Position numbers and translations under genes: made by a program. A stretch of DNA of 61,756 bases, counting the filler, from Actinomycetales bacterium (GTDB taxonomy: Bacteria > Actinomycetota > Actinomycetes > Actinomycetales > CAVURS01), in NCBI GenBank assembly GCA_045807245.1. It is 3 parts of 3 records of this genome, joined end to end, with 100 filler letters (N's around TTAATTAATTAA, not from the genome) between each part and the next. Parts side by side here need not be neighbours in the genome. Positions count along the whole stretch, not along the records: positions 1 to 31,162 come from JBJMHS010000056.1; 2 more parts are not named here. The stretch is one strand, 5' to 3'. Numbering within the stretch: position 1 is the stretch's first letter; every line of letters starts with the position of its first letter. This document shows positions 1 through 13,200 of the stretch, piece after piece. The notes under the pieces were generated by a model. It was not told where the DNA came from and did no database searches. It was given only the letters and a program-made list of their open reading frames with translations.

Positions 1-827
<827 letters not shown>

Positions 828-862
828 GTCAGTTAGCTCCTTGGGAAGGGGGTCTGCTCAGG

Positions 863-1189
863 TCAACGCAGGGCAAAGTTGAGCCTATTCCGCTCAACTT
901 GGAGTGGCCGTACGGCGAGTCCGGACGTCGCAGGGCCGAGCCGGAGGTCACCCGTCATCGGGTCGAACTCGCTGCCGTGGCAGTTGCAGATCAGGGTGCC
1001 GTCGTCCGCCAGCTCACCGTCCGCGCTGAACGCACAGCCGGCGTGCGGACAGGCATCCGGCACGGCGACCCAGCCGTCGACCAGCCGGATCACGGCCAGG
1101 TCGGCCAGGTCGCCAGAGTCGCCGACCGCGTCCGAGACCGCGACGATCGTCCCGACCGGGAGCTGCGCGTCCACTTCGTCCAGGCGCAT
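863..1189 (-). CDS. Rieske-type [2Fe-2S] ferredoxin (108 aa)
   Basis: Rieske ligand motifs CPHAG and CNCHGSEFD; ATG at 1189, 10 bp after the P450 stop. Confidence 0.88.
   Translation of the reverse strand: MRLDEVDAQLPVGTIVAVSDAVGDSGDLADLAVIRLVDGWVAVPDACPHAGCAFSADGELADDGTLICNCHGSEFDPMTGDLRLGPATSGLAVRPLQVERNRLNFALR
876..900. promoter_or_regulatory. HAIR (HspR operator) upstream of clpB
   Basis: Perfect inverted repeat AAGTTGAGC-N7-GCTCAACTT matching the HAIR consensus CTTGAGT-N7-ACTCAAG, about 50 bp upstream of the clpB start. Confidence 0.9.
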
Positions 1190-1199
1190 GGCGGCGTCC

Positions 1200-2402
1200 C
1201 TACGCGTCCCAGACCAGGGGAAGCCGCTTGGCACCGCGCACCGCCCAGCCATGGACGTACGGCGGGTCGTCGGGGTCGAGGCGCAGCCCCGACAGCCGGG
1301 TGGCCATCTCCTCGATGACCACCTGGCCGAGCGTCCGCGCGATCGAGTGGCCGACGCAGAAGTGCGTGCCGTACCCGAACGCGACGTGACCGCGCTCACC
1401 ACGGTCGGAGCGGTCGAGGTCGAACGTGTCGGGGTCGGCGAACCGCGACGGGTCCCGGTTGGCCGACCCGATCATCAGCGCCACCTCGGTCCCCGCCTCG
1501 AACCGCAGACCGCCGAGCTCTGCGTCCGTGCGCATGACCTTCTCCGTCATGCCGAACGGCGCCAGCCAGCGCAGGCCCTCGTCGATGGCCCGGCCGGACA
1601 GCGCGCCCGGTTCGGCGGCCACGCGGGCCGCCTGCTCGGGCCGGCCGAGCAGGCCCACGAGGGTGTTGGCGATGCCATGTGCCGGCTCCTGGAACCCGCC
1701 GACGATCAGCACGCCGATGCTGCCGATCATCTGCTCGATCGACCGGGTCTGCCCCGAGGGCATCCCGTCGTGCAGCAGGTGCGAGATGGCGCTGTCGTCC
1801 GGCCGGGCTTCGAGCTCGGGCAGCCGGCGCTCGAGGTAGGTGACGACCTCGGCCTTGGCCGCTCGGCCCTGCGCGGCCACGTCCGCGCTGCGGCCGAAGT
1901 CGACCAGGTAGGCGCCGTACTGCTTGAACCAGCGCGCCAGGGTGGCGTCATCCACGTCGGTGAAGCCGAGGACGTCGCCGACCGCGCGCTGGCTGATCGG
2001 CTCGAGCAGCTCGCCGGTGGCCTCGGCCCGGCCGCGATGGCGCACCCGTTCGATGTAGTCGACCGCCACCGCGCGCAGGTGGGTGTCGCGGTAGGCGTTG
2101 ACCGCGCGCGGTCGGAACGGCGGGTTGAGTGCGTTGCGCAGCTCCCGGTGCTCGGCGCCGCGCAGGCTGATCACGTTGGGGTCGCCGTACACGGTGTTGA
2201 AGATGTCCTTGGCCGGCTCGAACACCTCGTCGTCGTTGCCAGCCTCGTCGCAGAGCGCCCAGGTGGTGACGAACACACGCCCGGCCTCGGGCACCCAGGC
2301 GATCGGCCGGTGCTCCCGCATCCACGCGTACGTCGGGTACGGGTCGGCCTCGAGGACGTCCAGGCTGACGTCGTGGACGACGTCCGTCGCGAGCGGCGTC
2401 AC
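1200..2402 (-). CDS. Cytochrome P450, CYP255/GcoA-like (possible aromatic O-dealkylase)
   Basis: Heme motif [14 protein letters not shown] (ExxR), atypical I-helix GGFQEP, block [23 protein letters not shown] start overlaps the hspR TGA. Confidence 0.92.
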   Translation of the reverse strand: MTPLATDVVHDVSLDVLEADPYPTYAWMREHRPIAWVPEAGRVFVTTWALCDEAGNDDEVFEPAKDIFNTVYGDPNVISLRGAEHRELRNALNPPFRPRAVNAYRDTHLRAVAVDYIERVRHRGRAEATGELLEPISQRAVGDVLGFTDVDDATLARWFKQYGAYLVDFGRSADVAAQGRAAKAEVVTYLERRLPELEARPDDSAISHLLHDGMPSGQTRSIEQMIGSIGVLIVGGFQEPAHGIANTLVGLLGRPEQAARVAAEPGALSGRAIDEGLRWLAPFGMTEKVMRTDAELGGLRFEAGTEVALMIGSANRDPSRFADPDTFDLDRSDRGERGHVAFGYGTHFCVGHSIARTLGQVVIEEMATRLSGLRLDPDDPPYVHGWAVRGAKRLPLVWDA

Positions 2403-2830
2403 TCCGGCCGCCAGACCACGAGCGACGTGCTCGCGCCGAACGCGGAGCGGGGTGGACGCCGGCCGGCCGGCACGCTGATCGTCTCCCCGGAGGGAGTGGC
2501 CGCGAACACGCGAGAGCGCGCGTGCTGCAGCTGCTCGAGCTCGTCGAGCAGCTCGGTGACCCGGTGCTGCAGCGCGTTCACCTGGCCCTCCAGCTCCATG
2601 ATCCGTTTGATGCCGGCGAGGTTCACGCCGTCCTCCTGGGACAACCGCTGCACCTCGCGCAACATGGCCACGTCACGGGTCGAGTAGCGCCGGCCCCGCC
2701 CGCTGGAGCGGCCCGGCGACACCAGCCCGAGGCGGTCGTACTGTCGCAGGGTCTGGGGATGCATCCCGGCCAGCTTGGCCGCGACCGAGATCACGAAGAC
2801 GGCGGCGTCGTGCTCGAAGCCCTCGTCCAT
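2399..2830 (-). CDS. hspR: Heat-shock repressor HspR (MerR family)
   Basis: [29 protein letters not shown]...[11 protein letters not shown]-terminal LVVWRP; follows dnaJ. Confidence 0.96.
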   Translation of the reverse strand: MDEGFEHDAAVFVISVAAKLAGMHPQTLRQYDRLGLVSPGRSSGRGRRYSTRDVAMLREVQRLSQEDGVNLAGIKRIMELEGQVNALQHRVTELLDELEQLQHARSRVFAATPSGETISVPAGRRPPRSAFGASTSLVVWRPE

Positions 2831-2831
2831 C

Positions 2832-3836
<1,005 letters not shown>

Positions 3837-3900
3837 GTGGCGTCCCTCCTCTCCAGTGTCGTCCTGCGGCCTGCCGTTGCTGTCGCCATCCGGGCCGGAC

Positions 3901-4560
3901 TCAGGCCGGGTCCGCGACCGCGACACGCGCCGCCCGGATCACCCGCTCGCCCTGCCGGTACCCCGGCTGCAGCACCTGGGTCACCGTCGTGACGTCCACG
4001 CCCTCACCGAGATCGGCCTGGGTGTGCATGAGCGCCTCGTGCACGGCCGGGTCGAACGGCTCACCGACCTCGCCGAACCGCTCCAGCCCGTAGCGGGCCA
4101 GCGTGGACTCGAGCTTGTCGGCGATGGCCGCGAACGGTCCGTCGTCCAGGTCACCGTGCTGGCGGGCCAGATGGATGTCGTCGAGCACCGGCAGCAGCGA
4201 CTCGAGGACGCCGCCGACGGCGAGCTCACGCGCGACGTCGCGGTCGCGCTCGACCCGCTTGCGGTAGTTGACGTACTCGGCCTGCAGCCGCTTCAGGTCG
4301 TCGAGCCGCTCCGCCGCCAGCCGGGCATCGCTGGCTGGCTCGCTGACGATGTCCGAAGCCGCTTCCGGCGCGTCGGCCGCCGGCGGCTCTGGCGCCGCGA
4401 CCGGTTGCCGTAGCTCGCCCGTGACCGGGTCGATCCGGCGCTTGTCGCGGACGACGGGGCCCCGCTGGGCCCCGCCGTCCTCGTGCTCCGCGTCCGGGCC
4501 GTGCTCCGGCCCGCGCTCCGGGTCGTACGGCGTAGTGCGCTCGAAGCTGTCCGACATCAC
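3901..4560 (-). CDS. grpE: Nucleotide exchange factor GrpE
   Basis: [25 protein letters not shown]...IRAARVAV; start is GTG 4560 or ATG 4557. Confidence 0.96.
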   Translation of the reverse strand: MMSDSFERTTPYDPERGPEHGPDAEHEDGGAQRGPVVRDKRRIDPVTGELRQPVAAPEPPAADAPEAASDIVSEPASDARLAAERLDDLKRLQAEYVNYRKRVERDRDVARELAVGGVLESLLPVLDDIHLARQHGDLDDGPFAAIADKLESTLARYGLERFGEVGEPFDPAVHEALMHTQADLGEGVDVTTVTQVLQPGYRQGERVIRAARVAVADPA

Positions 4561-6446
4561 TTGTCCTCGTCGACGACCTCGGCATCGACCACGTCGTCGT
4601 CCGAGCCACCCGCCGACCCGGTCGAGTCGGCGGCACCGCCGGTCGATCCCGCACCCGAGGCGGCGTCAGCCGACTCCGACGCCTGGGTCGCGGCGTACAT
4701 CGCCGTACCGAGCTCCTGGCTGACCTTGGCCAGCGCCTCGGTCTTCTGGGTGATCTCGTCCGGCGTCGCGCCGCTGCCGTCCTTCAGGGCGTCCTTCAGG
4801 TCGGCGAGCGCCGAGTCGACACCGCTGCGCGAGTCGGCCGGGATCTTGTCGTCGTTGTCGCGCAGGAACTTCTCGGTCGAGTAGACGAGCTGCTCGGCAC
4901 TGTTGCGGGACTCGGCGTCGGCCCGGCGCTTCTTGTCCTCCTCCGCGTGGGCCTCAGCGTCCTTGACCATGCGGTCGATCTCCTCCTTGGGCAGCGCACT
5001 GCCGCCGGAGATCGTCATCGACTGCTCCTTGCCGGTGCCCTGGTCCTTGGCGGACACGTGCACGATGCCGTTCGCGTCGATGTCGAAGGTGACCTCGATC
5101 TTGGGGATGTTGCGCGGCGCCGGCGCGATACCGGTCAGCTCGAACGTACCCAACGGCTTGTTGTCCCGAGCCAGCTCGCGCTCACCCTGGAACACCTGGA
5201 TCAACACGCTCGGCTGGTTGTCGTCGGCCGTCGTGAAGATCTCGCTGCGCTTGGTCGGGATCGCGGTGTTGCGCTCGATGAGCTTGGTCATCAGGCCACC
5301 CTGCGTCTCGATGCCCAGCGACAGCGGAGTCACGTCGATCAGCAGCACGTCCTTGCGCTCACCCTTGAGCACGCCCGCCTGCAGGGCAGCGCCGATGGCG
5401 ACGACCTCGTCCGGGTTCACGCCCTTGTTGGGCTCCTTGCCGCCCGTCAACTCACGAACGACGTCCGCGACCGCCGGCATACGGGTCGAGCCGCCGACGA
5501 GGACGATGTGGTCGATGTCGCCGACCTTGATGCCCGCGTCCTTGATGACCTGACGGAACGGCTCCTTCGTCCGCTCCAGCAGGTCGGACGTCATCTGCTC
5601 GAACTGCGCACGGGTCAGCGACTCGTCCAGATGGATCGGGCCGTTCTCCGTCATCGACAGGTACTGCAGCGACAGGTTCGTGCTCGCCGCCGTGGAGAGC
5701 TCCTTCTTCGCCTGCTCGGCCGCCTCCCGGAGGCGCTGCATGGCGATCTTGTCCTTGGCCAGGTCCACGCCGTACGAGTTCTTCACGACGGTGAGCAGGT
5801 GGTCGACAACCCGCTGGTCCCAGTCGTCACCACCGAGGTGGTTGTCGCCGTTGGTCGCGCGGACCTGGATGGTCGAGAAGTCGTCCTCGTCCTTGCCCAC
5901 CTCGAGCAGGGACACGTCGAACGTGCCACCACCGAGGTCGAAGACCAGGATGAGCTCGTCCTCCTTGCCCTTGTCCAGCCCGTAGGCCAAGGCCGCGGCG
6001 GTCGGCTCGTTGATGATGCGCAGGACGTTCAGCCCAGCGATCTCGCCGGCCTCCTTGGTCGCCTGGCGCTGGGCGTCGTTGAAGTACGCCGGGACGGTGA
6101 CGACCGCGTCGGTCACCGTCTCGCCCAGGTAGCTCTCAGCGTCCCGCTTCAGCTTCTGCAGGATGCGCGCGCTGATCTCCTGCGGCGTGTAGGTCTTCCC
6201 GTCGATGTCGACGGTCCAGTCCGTGCCGATGTGGCGCTTGACCGACCGGATGGTCCGGTCGACGTTGGTCACGGCCTGGCGCTTGGCGATCTCGCCGACC
6301 AGCACCTCGGAGTTCTTGGCGAACGCGACGACGGACGGTGTGGTGCGCCCGCCCTCGGCGTTCGCGATGACGGTGGGCTCGCCACCTTCCAGGACGGCGA
6401 CCACCGAGTTCGTGGTGCCGAGGTCGATACCGACTGCTCGTGCCAT
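4557..6446 (-). CDS. dnaK: Chaperone DnaK
   Basis: [38 protein letters not shown]; acidic C-terminal tail. Confidence 0.99.
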   Translation of the reverse strand: MARAVGIDLGTTNSVVAVLEGGEPTVIANAEGGRTTPSVVAFAKNSEVLVGEIAKRQAVTNVDRTIRSVKRHIGTDWTVDIDGKTYTPQEISARILQKLKRDAESYLGETVTDAVVTVPAYFNDAQRQATKEAGEIAGLNVLRIINEPTAAALAYGLDKGKEDELILVFDLGGGTFDVSLLEVGKDEDDFSTIQVRATNGDNHLGGDDWDQRVVDHLLTVVKNSYGVDLAKDKIAMQRLREAAEQAKKELSTAASTNLSLQYLSMTENGPIHLDESLTRAQFEQMTSDLLERTKEPFRQVIKDAGIKVGDIDHIVLVGGSTRMPAVADVVRELTGGKEPNKGVNPDEVVAIGAALQAGVLKGERKDVLLIDVTPLSLGIETQGGLMTKLIERNTAIPTKRSEIFTTADDNQPSVLIQVFQGERELARDNKPLGTFELTGIAPAPRNIPKIEVTFDIDANGIVHVSAKDQGTGKEQSMTISGGSALPKEEIDRMVKDAEAHAEEDKKRRADAESRNSAEQLVYSTEKFLRDNDDKIPADSRSGVDSALADLKDALKDGSGATPDEITQKTEALAKVSQELGTAMYAATQASESADAASGAGSTGGAADSTGSAGGSDDDVVDAEVVDEDK

Positions 6447-6471
6447 GGTGTCTCTGCTCCTGCGGGTCTGG

Positions 6472-6492
6472 GTTGAGTGAGTTCGGCTCAAG
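6472..6492. promoter_or_regulatory. HAIR operator (dnaK proximal)
   Basis: GTTGAGT-N7-GCTCAAG upstream of dnaK. Confidence 0.85.
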
Positions 6493-6535
6493 TGTTGAGG
6501 CTGCTCCGGTCTGCTGTCAAACCTGGCCGCCCAAT

Positions 6536-6556
6536 CTTGAGTACATCCGACTCAAC
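6536..6556. promoter_or_regulatory. HAIR operator (dnaK distal)
   Basis: CTTGAGT-N7-ACTCAAC, one mismatch to consensus. Confidence 0.9.
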
Positions 6557-6710
6557 CTCGCCTCTGACCTGCGCATTCCGAGGAAATTTCGAGATTCCGG
6601 CCCGCGCCGCCGGCACGCTCCCCTACGGTTGGCGACGCGGTGCCCCGTCCGGGGGCGCCCAGGGGAAGGGCTCCGTCGTACGGAGTCCAGGGGCTTCAGG
6701 GGAGTTACGC

Positions 6711-9700
6711 GTGGTCAAGCATGGCTTTTTCCGTTCGCTGCGCAGGTTTTGGTCGATCGTGCTCGGCATCTGCGTCGTCCTGGCGGGGACCTCCCTGCGG
6801 GCAACGGCGGATACCGCGCCGTCGTACTCGTGCCTGGTCAACGGTCTGCTGGTCCAGCGGACCACTCCATGCGACTACACGGCCGGGCCGGCCGCCCTGC
6901 TGAGCGGCGTCGCCTTGCAAGGTTCGGGGCCCTACCACGCCACCGCGGACCAGCAGGCCGCCCTCGCGCTGCTTGAGGACCAAGCCGTGGCGGCCACGTT
7001 GGACGACCACGCGCTGCCGAGCTCGGATGCGACTGCAGCCCAGACCTGGGCTCGCGACGACAGCGAGGCCGAGCTGTGGGGCCTGCTGCGCAAAGCCGCC
7101 GAGACACCGCCGGCCCAGCGCACCCTGACCCAGGCAAGGGCAGCCTCCTGGCTCGCCGACATCTTCCACCGGCATGCCGTCGCAGCGACCCAGCAGGCCG
7201 GGATGGAGTACGCCAAGTGGGCGGGTCTGGACCAAAGCGCCTACCAACGCCTCATCACCAGCAATCCGACGAAGGCCGAGATCAAGAACTTCCTGGCGCA
7301 GTTCCCGCAGACCTACACCAACGGCGGATCGGCGCAGAACGCTGGAGTCAGCTCGGGCGGGTACTGCACCTACCGGTCACCGAGTCCGTACGACGATGAG
7401 TACACCGGGAATGTCTTCCATCGCAACGGTGCACCACAGCAGTGCTTCGCTCCTTGCCCGCCGACGACGCAGTGCCTGCCCGTCACACCCACCGCCGACC
7501 AGTTCGTCAGGTGGGGAGCCTCGGCAGTCGACGCACCTACCTTCGGTAACGCCTCCTTCGCGGCTGCGGCGCGCGACATCGCGCTTGGAGCCGGCCTCGG
7601 TGCCGCGGCGGCCGGCACGGGCGGCGGTGTGGGACTAGCGAGCGGCTTGTCCGCGGCCGCCCTTGTTGATGCCGGCCTCGCGGACGCACTTTTCCCGTGG
7701 CTCAGCATTCCGTTCGACCCCGCCGAGGTCACCGGAGCTACGCTCGACGCGGCCGAGACGGCCGAGCTCGCAGGATCCGTGACGGCCACGGCGATCGGCT
7801 TTGCCGTCGCAGTGGTGATCGCAGCCATCGCGATCGCGGTGATCCAAGGTGTCGCCGTCGTCGAGGCCGACCAGGTCCCGGACTCGCTCGCCGGAGCGAT
7901 CGTGGACACACGTTCCAGCGACCCTGACCCCGCAACGCTCATGACCGACTCGACGCAGGTCAAGGCCATGTTCGGTCTGTTCGTCGGGGCGACGCTGCCG
8001 AGCCCACGCGTGGCGGACTGCGACAACAGCAACATCGCGATCGGCTCCAGCCAGGCGACGCCCTGCCTGAATGCACCGCCCGTCAAACCGATCTCCGGCA
8101 GCGATGCGGCCTTCCGCATCCAGGCGCAGGGTTCGTCGACGGCGAGCACCGTCAACTCGATCACCTGGAAGGACAGCAGTGCAGTGACGACCAACGTCGC
8201 GCGCCTCTCCGGGCCTTGGGTGGTGCAGTCGATGACGGACGGTTCCGGCAACACGTTCACATTCCAGACACTCCGCTTGCGGTACACCGACTGGGGCGGG
8301 CGCGAGCAGACGGCGTGGGTGCACCGGGGCGCGGATGGCCGCTACACATTCCTTCGACTGGCCGATGTCGCACCCGGAGACGCGCCCCTGGATCCGAAGA
8401 CCTGCGAGTCGTTGGGGCTCTGCGCGAACTCGTCGGCCATCGACTACTTGGGACCGGACGGCACGAAGCTCTCGGCCTCAATCGTCCCGGCACCGCAGCC
8501 GACTGGCCCCGCGCCGACAGTGACGCTGGCCCCCGTCGGCAACCCAGGGTGCTCCGACTGCAACCCGATCTACAACAGCTACGACAAGCCCACGCTCGTG
8601 CGCGGCTCGTTCACGCCTATCTCGGCGACGGACTCCGGGACGATCACGGTGGCTTGGGGCGATGGCTCGGCCACCTCACAGGTCTACGGGCCCGGGATCA
8701 CGGGTGGGACGTTCAACCTCCTCCCATCGGGTGGTTCGGTCCAGTTCTCCACCGGACACGTCTACAACGACCTGGGACTGTTCACGGCCAAGGTCACCGT
8801 GACCAGTGACAACCGGCAGAGCACGTCAGTCGAAATCCTGCGCGATGTCGGAGACTCGGACGCCCTTCAACCGCAGGCAATTTCGGGATTCGGTCCTATC
8901 GCCGACCACACCTACGGGGACGCCCCCTTCCGGGTCTTTGCCCACGGTGGATCATCCACTGAGCCGGTGATCCTTCTGGCCTCTGGGACCATCCCGGGCA
9001 CCAGTGACCCGGTGTGTCGCCTGAGTGACCGCAGCAGCTTCTTCCTGAACGCGTACGCGACGGTGACAATCCTGGGGGTGGGCACGTGCACGATCAGCGC
9101 CGTCCAGGCTGGGAAGGTCGGATGGGCCGCCGCGCCAACGGTGTCGCAGTCATTCACGGTGGCGCGGGCGCCCCTGACCATCCAGGCGAATGACGCGTCC
9201 ATGCCGTTCGGGGGACAGGCGCCGCCGCTCACTGCGACGTTCTCAGGCTTTGTGAACGGCGAGGACGGCGGAGTGTTGACCGGGCTCTCGTGCACCGCGC
9301 TGGACGGCGCCGGGCGGCCGGTGACAACCAGTACGCCCTCCGGTAAGTATCCGATCACCTGCTCCGTCGCTTCCGCACCGAACTATCAGGTCGTGGCCCA
9401 GCCCGGAGTACTGACGGTGCGGGCGACACCTGGGTTCGTCGCGGCGTTCGGGCCCAACCGGTCCGGTGACACCACCGTGCCGACCAGTGTCGGCACCAAC
9501 CCCTCCGGGGTCGGGGCGATCGCAGCCTCCGCTGACGACAGCTTCGCTGTGGCCGACGGCCGAGTCGTCGGCTGGGGCGACAACAGCCTCGGACAGACCA
9601 CCATCCCGCCCGCCGCCACCTCCAGCGTCACCCAGATTGCGGCCACCAGCGGAGGCGGACTCGCCCTCAAGAACGACAACACCCTGCTCGACTGGGGGTG

Positions 9701-10280
9701 GCTGGCTCCCAAGATCCCGGCCGGCCTGTCCGGCCCGCTGGCTCCACACATCAGTGCCATCACCGGCGAGAACGCGTACTACCTCGCCCTGGCCGGTGGC
9801 GCCGTCACCGAGTTCGGCGGCACCGACGGCTTCGGGATCAGCACCATCCCGGCCGCCGCTAAGGCCGGCGTGATCGCTATCGACTCCGGCACCGGCCATG
9901 CCCTAGCCCTGAAGGACGATGGCAGCGTCGTCGCCTGGGGTTACAACAACGCCGGACAGGCCACCGTCCCGGACGCGGCCAAGTCGTTCGTCACCGCCAT
10001 CGCCGCCGGCGGCAACCACTCGCTGGCCCTCAAGAACGACCACACGGTCGTGGCCTGGGGCGACACCAGCAACGGGCTAAACACCGTTCCCGCCGCTGCC
10101 CAAGGCAAGACCATCGCCATCGCCGCCGGCGCCTACTTCAACGCCGCCCTTCTCTACAACGGCACCATCGTCACGTGGGGCACTGCCGACACGACGCAGA
10201 CCATCCCGCCACCGACCGACGGCACGGCGACGACCGCGCTCACTGCCGGCGCCCGCCACCTGCTCACCATTCGCCGGTAG
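6711..10280 (+). CDS. Large secreted multidomain protein: unknown helical N-domain, long hydrophobic segment, PKD/Ig-like and MBG-like domains, C-terminal RCC1/BLIP-II propeller
   Basis: GTG 6711 preceded by GGGGAG; signal peptide ending ...LRATA; PKD-like ITVAWGDG...HVY...KVTVT; MBG-like APLTIQAND...TATFSGFVNGED...PGVLTV; repeats of type VVAWG..GQATVP..AIAAG..HSLALK. Confidence 0.8.
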   Translation: MVKHGFFRSLRRFWSIVLGICVVLAGTSLRATADTAPSYSCLVNGLLVQRTTPCDYTAGPAALLSGVALQGSGPYHATADQQAALALLEDQAVAATLDDHALPSSDATAAQTWARDDSEAELWGLLRKAAETPPAQRTLTQARAASWLADIFHRHAVAATQQAGMEYAKWAGLDQSAYQRLITSNPTKAEIKNFLAQFPQTYTNGGSAQNAGVSSGGYCTYRSPSPYDDEYTGNVFHRNGAPQQCFAPCPPTTQCLPVTPTADQFVRWGASAVDAPTFGNASFAAAARDIALGAGLGAAAAGTGGGVGLASGLSAAALVDAGLADALFPWLSIPFDPAEVTGATLDAAETAELAGSVTATAIGFAVAVVIAAIAIAVIQGVAVVEADQVPDSLAGAIVDTRSSDPDPATLMTDSTQVKAMFGLFVGATLPSPRVADCDNSNIAIGSSQATPCLNAPPVKPISGSDAAFRIQAQGSSTASTVNSITWKDSSAVTTNVARLSGPWVVQSMTDGSGNTFTFQTLRLRYTDWGGREQTAWVHRGADGRYTFLRLADVAPGDAPLDPKTCESLGLCANSSAIDYLGPDGTKLSASIVPAPQPTGPAPTVTLAPVGNPGCSDCNPIYNSYDKPTLVRGSFTPISATDSGTITVAWGDGSATSQVYGPGITGGTFNLLPSGGSVQFSTGHVYNDLGLFTAKVTVTSDNRQSTSVEILRDVGDSDALQPQAISGFGPIADHTYGDAPFRVFAHGGSSTEPVILLASGTIPGTSDPVCRLSDRSSFFLNAYATVTILGVGTCTISAVQAGKVGWAAAPTVSQSFTVARAPLTIQANDASMPFGGQAPPLTATFSGFVNGEDGGVLTGLSCTALDGAGRPVTTSTPSGKYPITCSVASAPNYQVVAQPGVLTVRATPGFVAAFGPNRSGDTTVPTSVGTNPSGVGAIAASADDSFAVADGRVVGWGDNSLGQTTIPPAATSSVTQIAATSGGGLALKNDNTLLDWGWLAPKIPAGLSGPLAPHISAITGENAYYLALAGGAVTEFGGTDGFGISTIPAAAKAGVIAIDSGTGHALALKDDGSVVAWGYNNAGQATVPDAAKSFVTAIAAGGNHSLALKNDHTVVAWGDTSNGLNTVPAAAQGKTIAIAAGAYFNAALLYNGTIVTWGTADTTQTIPPPTDGTATTALTAGARHLLTIRR

Positions 10281-13200
10281 ATACAAACCATGTTCCGCGT
10301 CCTGTCGCGGCGTGTTGTCACGCTGCTCGCGCTCGTCGCTGCCGCCGCCGGGATCTCGGTCGCCGTGGCCCCGACCGCGTCCGCCTTCGGTGCCGTTCTC
10401 TATGCGTACGCGGCCGGCGGTGCGGCATCGCCGGCGAGCTGCCCGCAGACCACGACCACGTCCGCCCGCTGCAGCCTGGGTCAGGCGTTGCAGCTGGCCG
10501 GCGGGGGCGACACGGTCCTGTTGACAGAGACCGAGCCGTACGTCGGGTCGTTCACGATCGCCTCGCCGGACACCTCGACCGCTGGTGCTGTGACTCTGGC
10601 TCCGGCGTCGGGCGTGAGCCAGCCGGTCCTGGACGGCGCGGGTCGGGGCACGGTACTGACGGTGCGCGACGGCGTGCGGGCCAACATCAGCGGGCTGAGC
10701 GTGCGCAACGGGTTCGCGCCCGAGCGGGACGATGCCCCGTGCATCCAGCCGCTGGTGGCGCTCGGCGGGGGCATCTACAACCAAGGGAACCTGTCGCTGA
10801 CTGACGTGGTCGTGTCCGGCAACGTGGCCGCTGACCCGACCGGACAGGGTCTGGTCGGTATCGGGGGTGGGATCTACAACGCGGGTGTGCTGACGGTGAC
10901 CGGCGGCCGCTTCGACGGCAACACGGCCACCCGCTCCGGTGGCGCCATCAGCAACGGCGACGACCGTTCGGGGTGCGGTACGGCAACCGGCGCGACCTCG
11001 GCCGACGTGACCGGCAGCCGTTTCAGCGGCAACAGCGCGGACTTCGGCGGGGCGATCAGCACTGGTGGCAGTGGCGGTGACGGCACGCTCACGGTGACCC
11101 GCTCGACGTTCGCGGGCAACGGCCGCACCAACGCCCAGTCCTCGGTGGGCGGGACCGCCGGGGGTGCGATCGCCGTCGCCCATGCCGGCGGTGGGCTGGC
11201 CATCATCAGCCAGTCGACGTTCACCGACAACACCGCAGTCAGGGGTGGTGCCCTGTCCAGCAGCGAGTCCAGCACGACCGGCCGGCTGCTGCTGGCCGAC
11301 TCCACGTTCGTGAGCAACGTCGCCACTGCGCGCGGCGACGCGATCGACCAGAGCGCGACGACCAGCCCCGGGGTGGTGTACTCCACGACGTTCGTCAACG
11401 ACACCATCGCCGGCGGCGCCTCACTGAGAGTGGCCGCGTCGATCGTCAGCCGGGCCAACGGCGCGACGGGAGCCAGCAGCGGATGCACGACGCCAGTCAC
11501 CGACGCCGGCTACAACGTCTCCGACGACGCGAGCTGCGGCTTCGGGCCGGCTCAGCAGAGCCTCTCGAACGCACCCATCGCCGAGCATCTGGGCGCGCTC
11601 GGCCCGCACGGCGGACCCACCGACACAGTGCCGATCAGCTCCTCCGCCGCTGACCCCGCCAACGACCTCATCCCGGCCGCGTTCGCCCCCTTCAGCGGCC
11701 CGATCTGCTCGGGCGCCGACCAGCGCGGCGTGCCGCGCGGCAACCCGTGTGACGCCGGCGCGGTCGAGTCCCCGGTGCTCGGCACGGTTTTGTTCGCCTA
11801 CCCGACCGGCACCGGCGGAGCGTCCGGGACATGCCCGCTCACTACCGTCGTGACGCAGCGCTGCACCCTGACGACGGCGCTCGCCCTGGCCGGCGCGGGC
11901 AGCATCATCCAGCTCGCCCAGACCGGCGACCCGCGCGACCCGACGACCTGGTACGTCGGCAACTACCTGGTCGGCGTACCCGGCACCACGTCCGACCGGC
12001 CGCTGACCATCACCCCCGCCACTGGCGTGACCAACCCGATCGTCGACGGCAACCTCGGCAGCAGCACCGGCTGCGGCACCGCGCGGTGCGACCGACCGAT
12101 CTTCGCGGTCGCCACCGGCACCTACCTCACGCTGAACGCCTTCACCATCCAGCACGGGCGCGCCGGCACGACCCAGTTCGCCAGCACCTTCGGCGGGTCG
12201 GCCATCGCGGTGAACTTCGCCCATGTCACCGCCACCGGCATGCACTTCAGCGATAACACCACCTACGGCATCGCCACCGCCGGCTCCGCCGACACCTCCG
12301 GCGGGGACGTCTCGCTCATCGACTCGACCATCGACCGCGGCACCACCCCCACCATCGGCGTCGCCGCGGCCAGCGGTGCCGTCACGGTTGCCCGCTCGAC
12401 GATCGACACCCGCATCGAAGCCCGGCAGCTGACCATGACCCGCTCCACCACCACGGGCGGCATCGACGCCGCCACCGCCACGATCAGCGACTCGACCGTG
12501 AACAACAGCCAGGTGTTCGGTCTGAGAGCATCAACCGCGACCGTCACCGGGTCCACGTTCGCCGGCAACGCCGGAGGAGCCTTCCAGGTCTTCGACCACC
12601 TGACGCTGGCGGCGACCATCGTCGTGCGGGCCGCAGGCGGAGCGCCCGACTGTGCCGGTCCGGTGAGCCTGGACGCCGGCTACAACGTCGCCGACGACAC
12701 CTCGTGCAACCTCGCCGCCGTCGGCAGCGTGCAAGGCTCCAGCGCGATGGCGGCGTACCTGGGCGCGTTCGGCGACCACGGCGGGCCGACCCCGACCATC
12801 CCGCTGCTCTCCACGCCGACGGTGCCGGGCTCCGGTCCGGACCCCGCGGCTCGCGCCATCCCGGCGACCTACACCGCCCTCAGCGAGACGGCGCCCCACT
12901 GCACCTTGACCGACCAACGCGGCGTCCAGCGCACGCCGTACTGCGACATCGGCGCCTACGAATTGGGCGGCACGGCGCCGCAGATCACCAGCGCCGACCA
13001 CGTCACTTTCACCAGCGGTTCGTCCAGCACCTTCACGGTGACCACAACGGGTACGCCGACCGCTTCGATCACCGGGTCGGGCTCCCTGCCGACCGGGATC
13101 AAGCTCACGGACAACGGCGACGGCACCGCAACGCTGTCCGGTACGCCGACGACACCCGGGACCTATCCGCTCACCATCACCGCGGCCAACCGCACGCAGC

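Noticed and set aside
6477..6710. N-terminal extension of the first large protein
   Set aside because: Overlaps the dnaK HAIR/promoter region; RBS and signal peptide point to GTG 6711.
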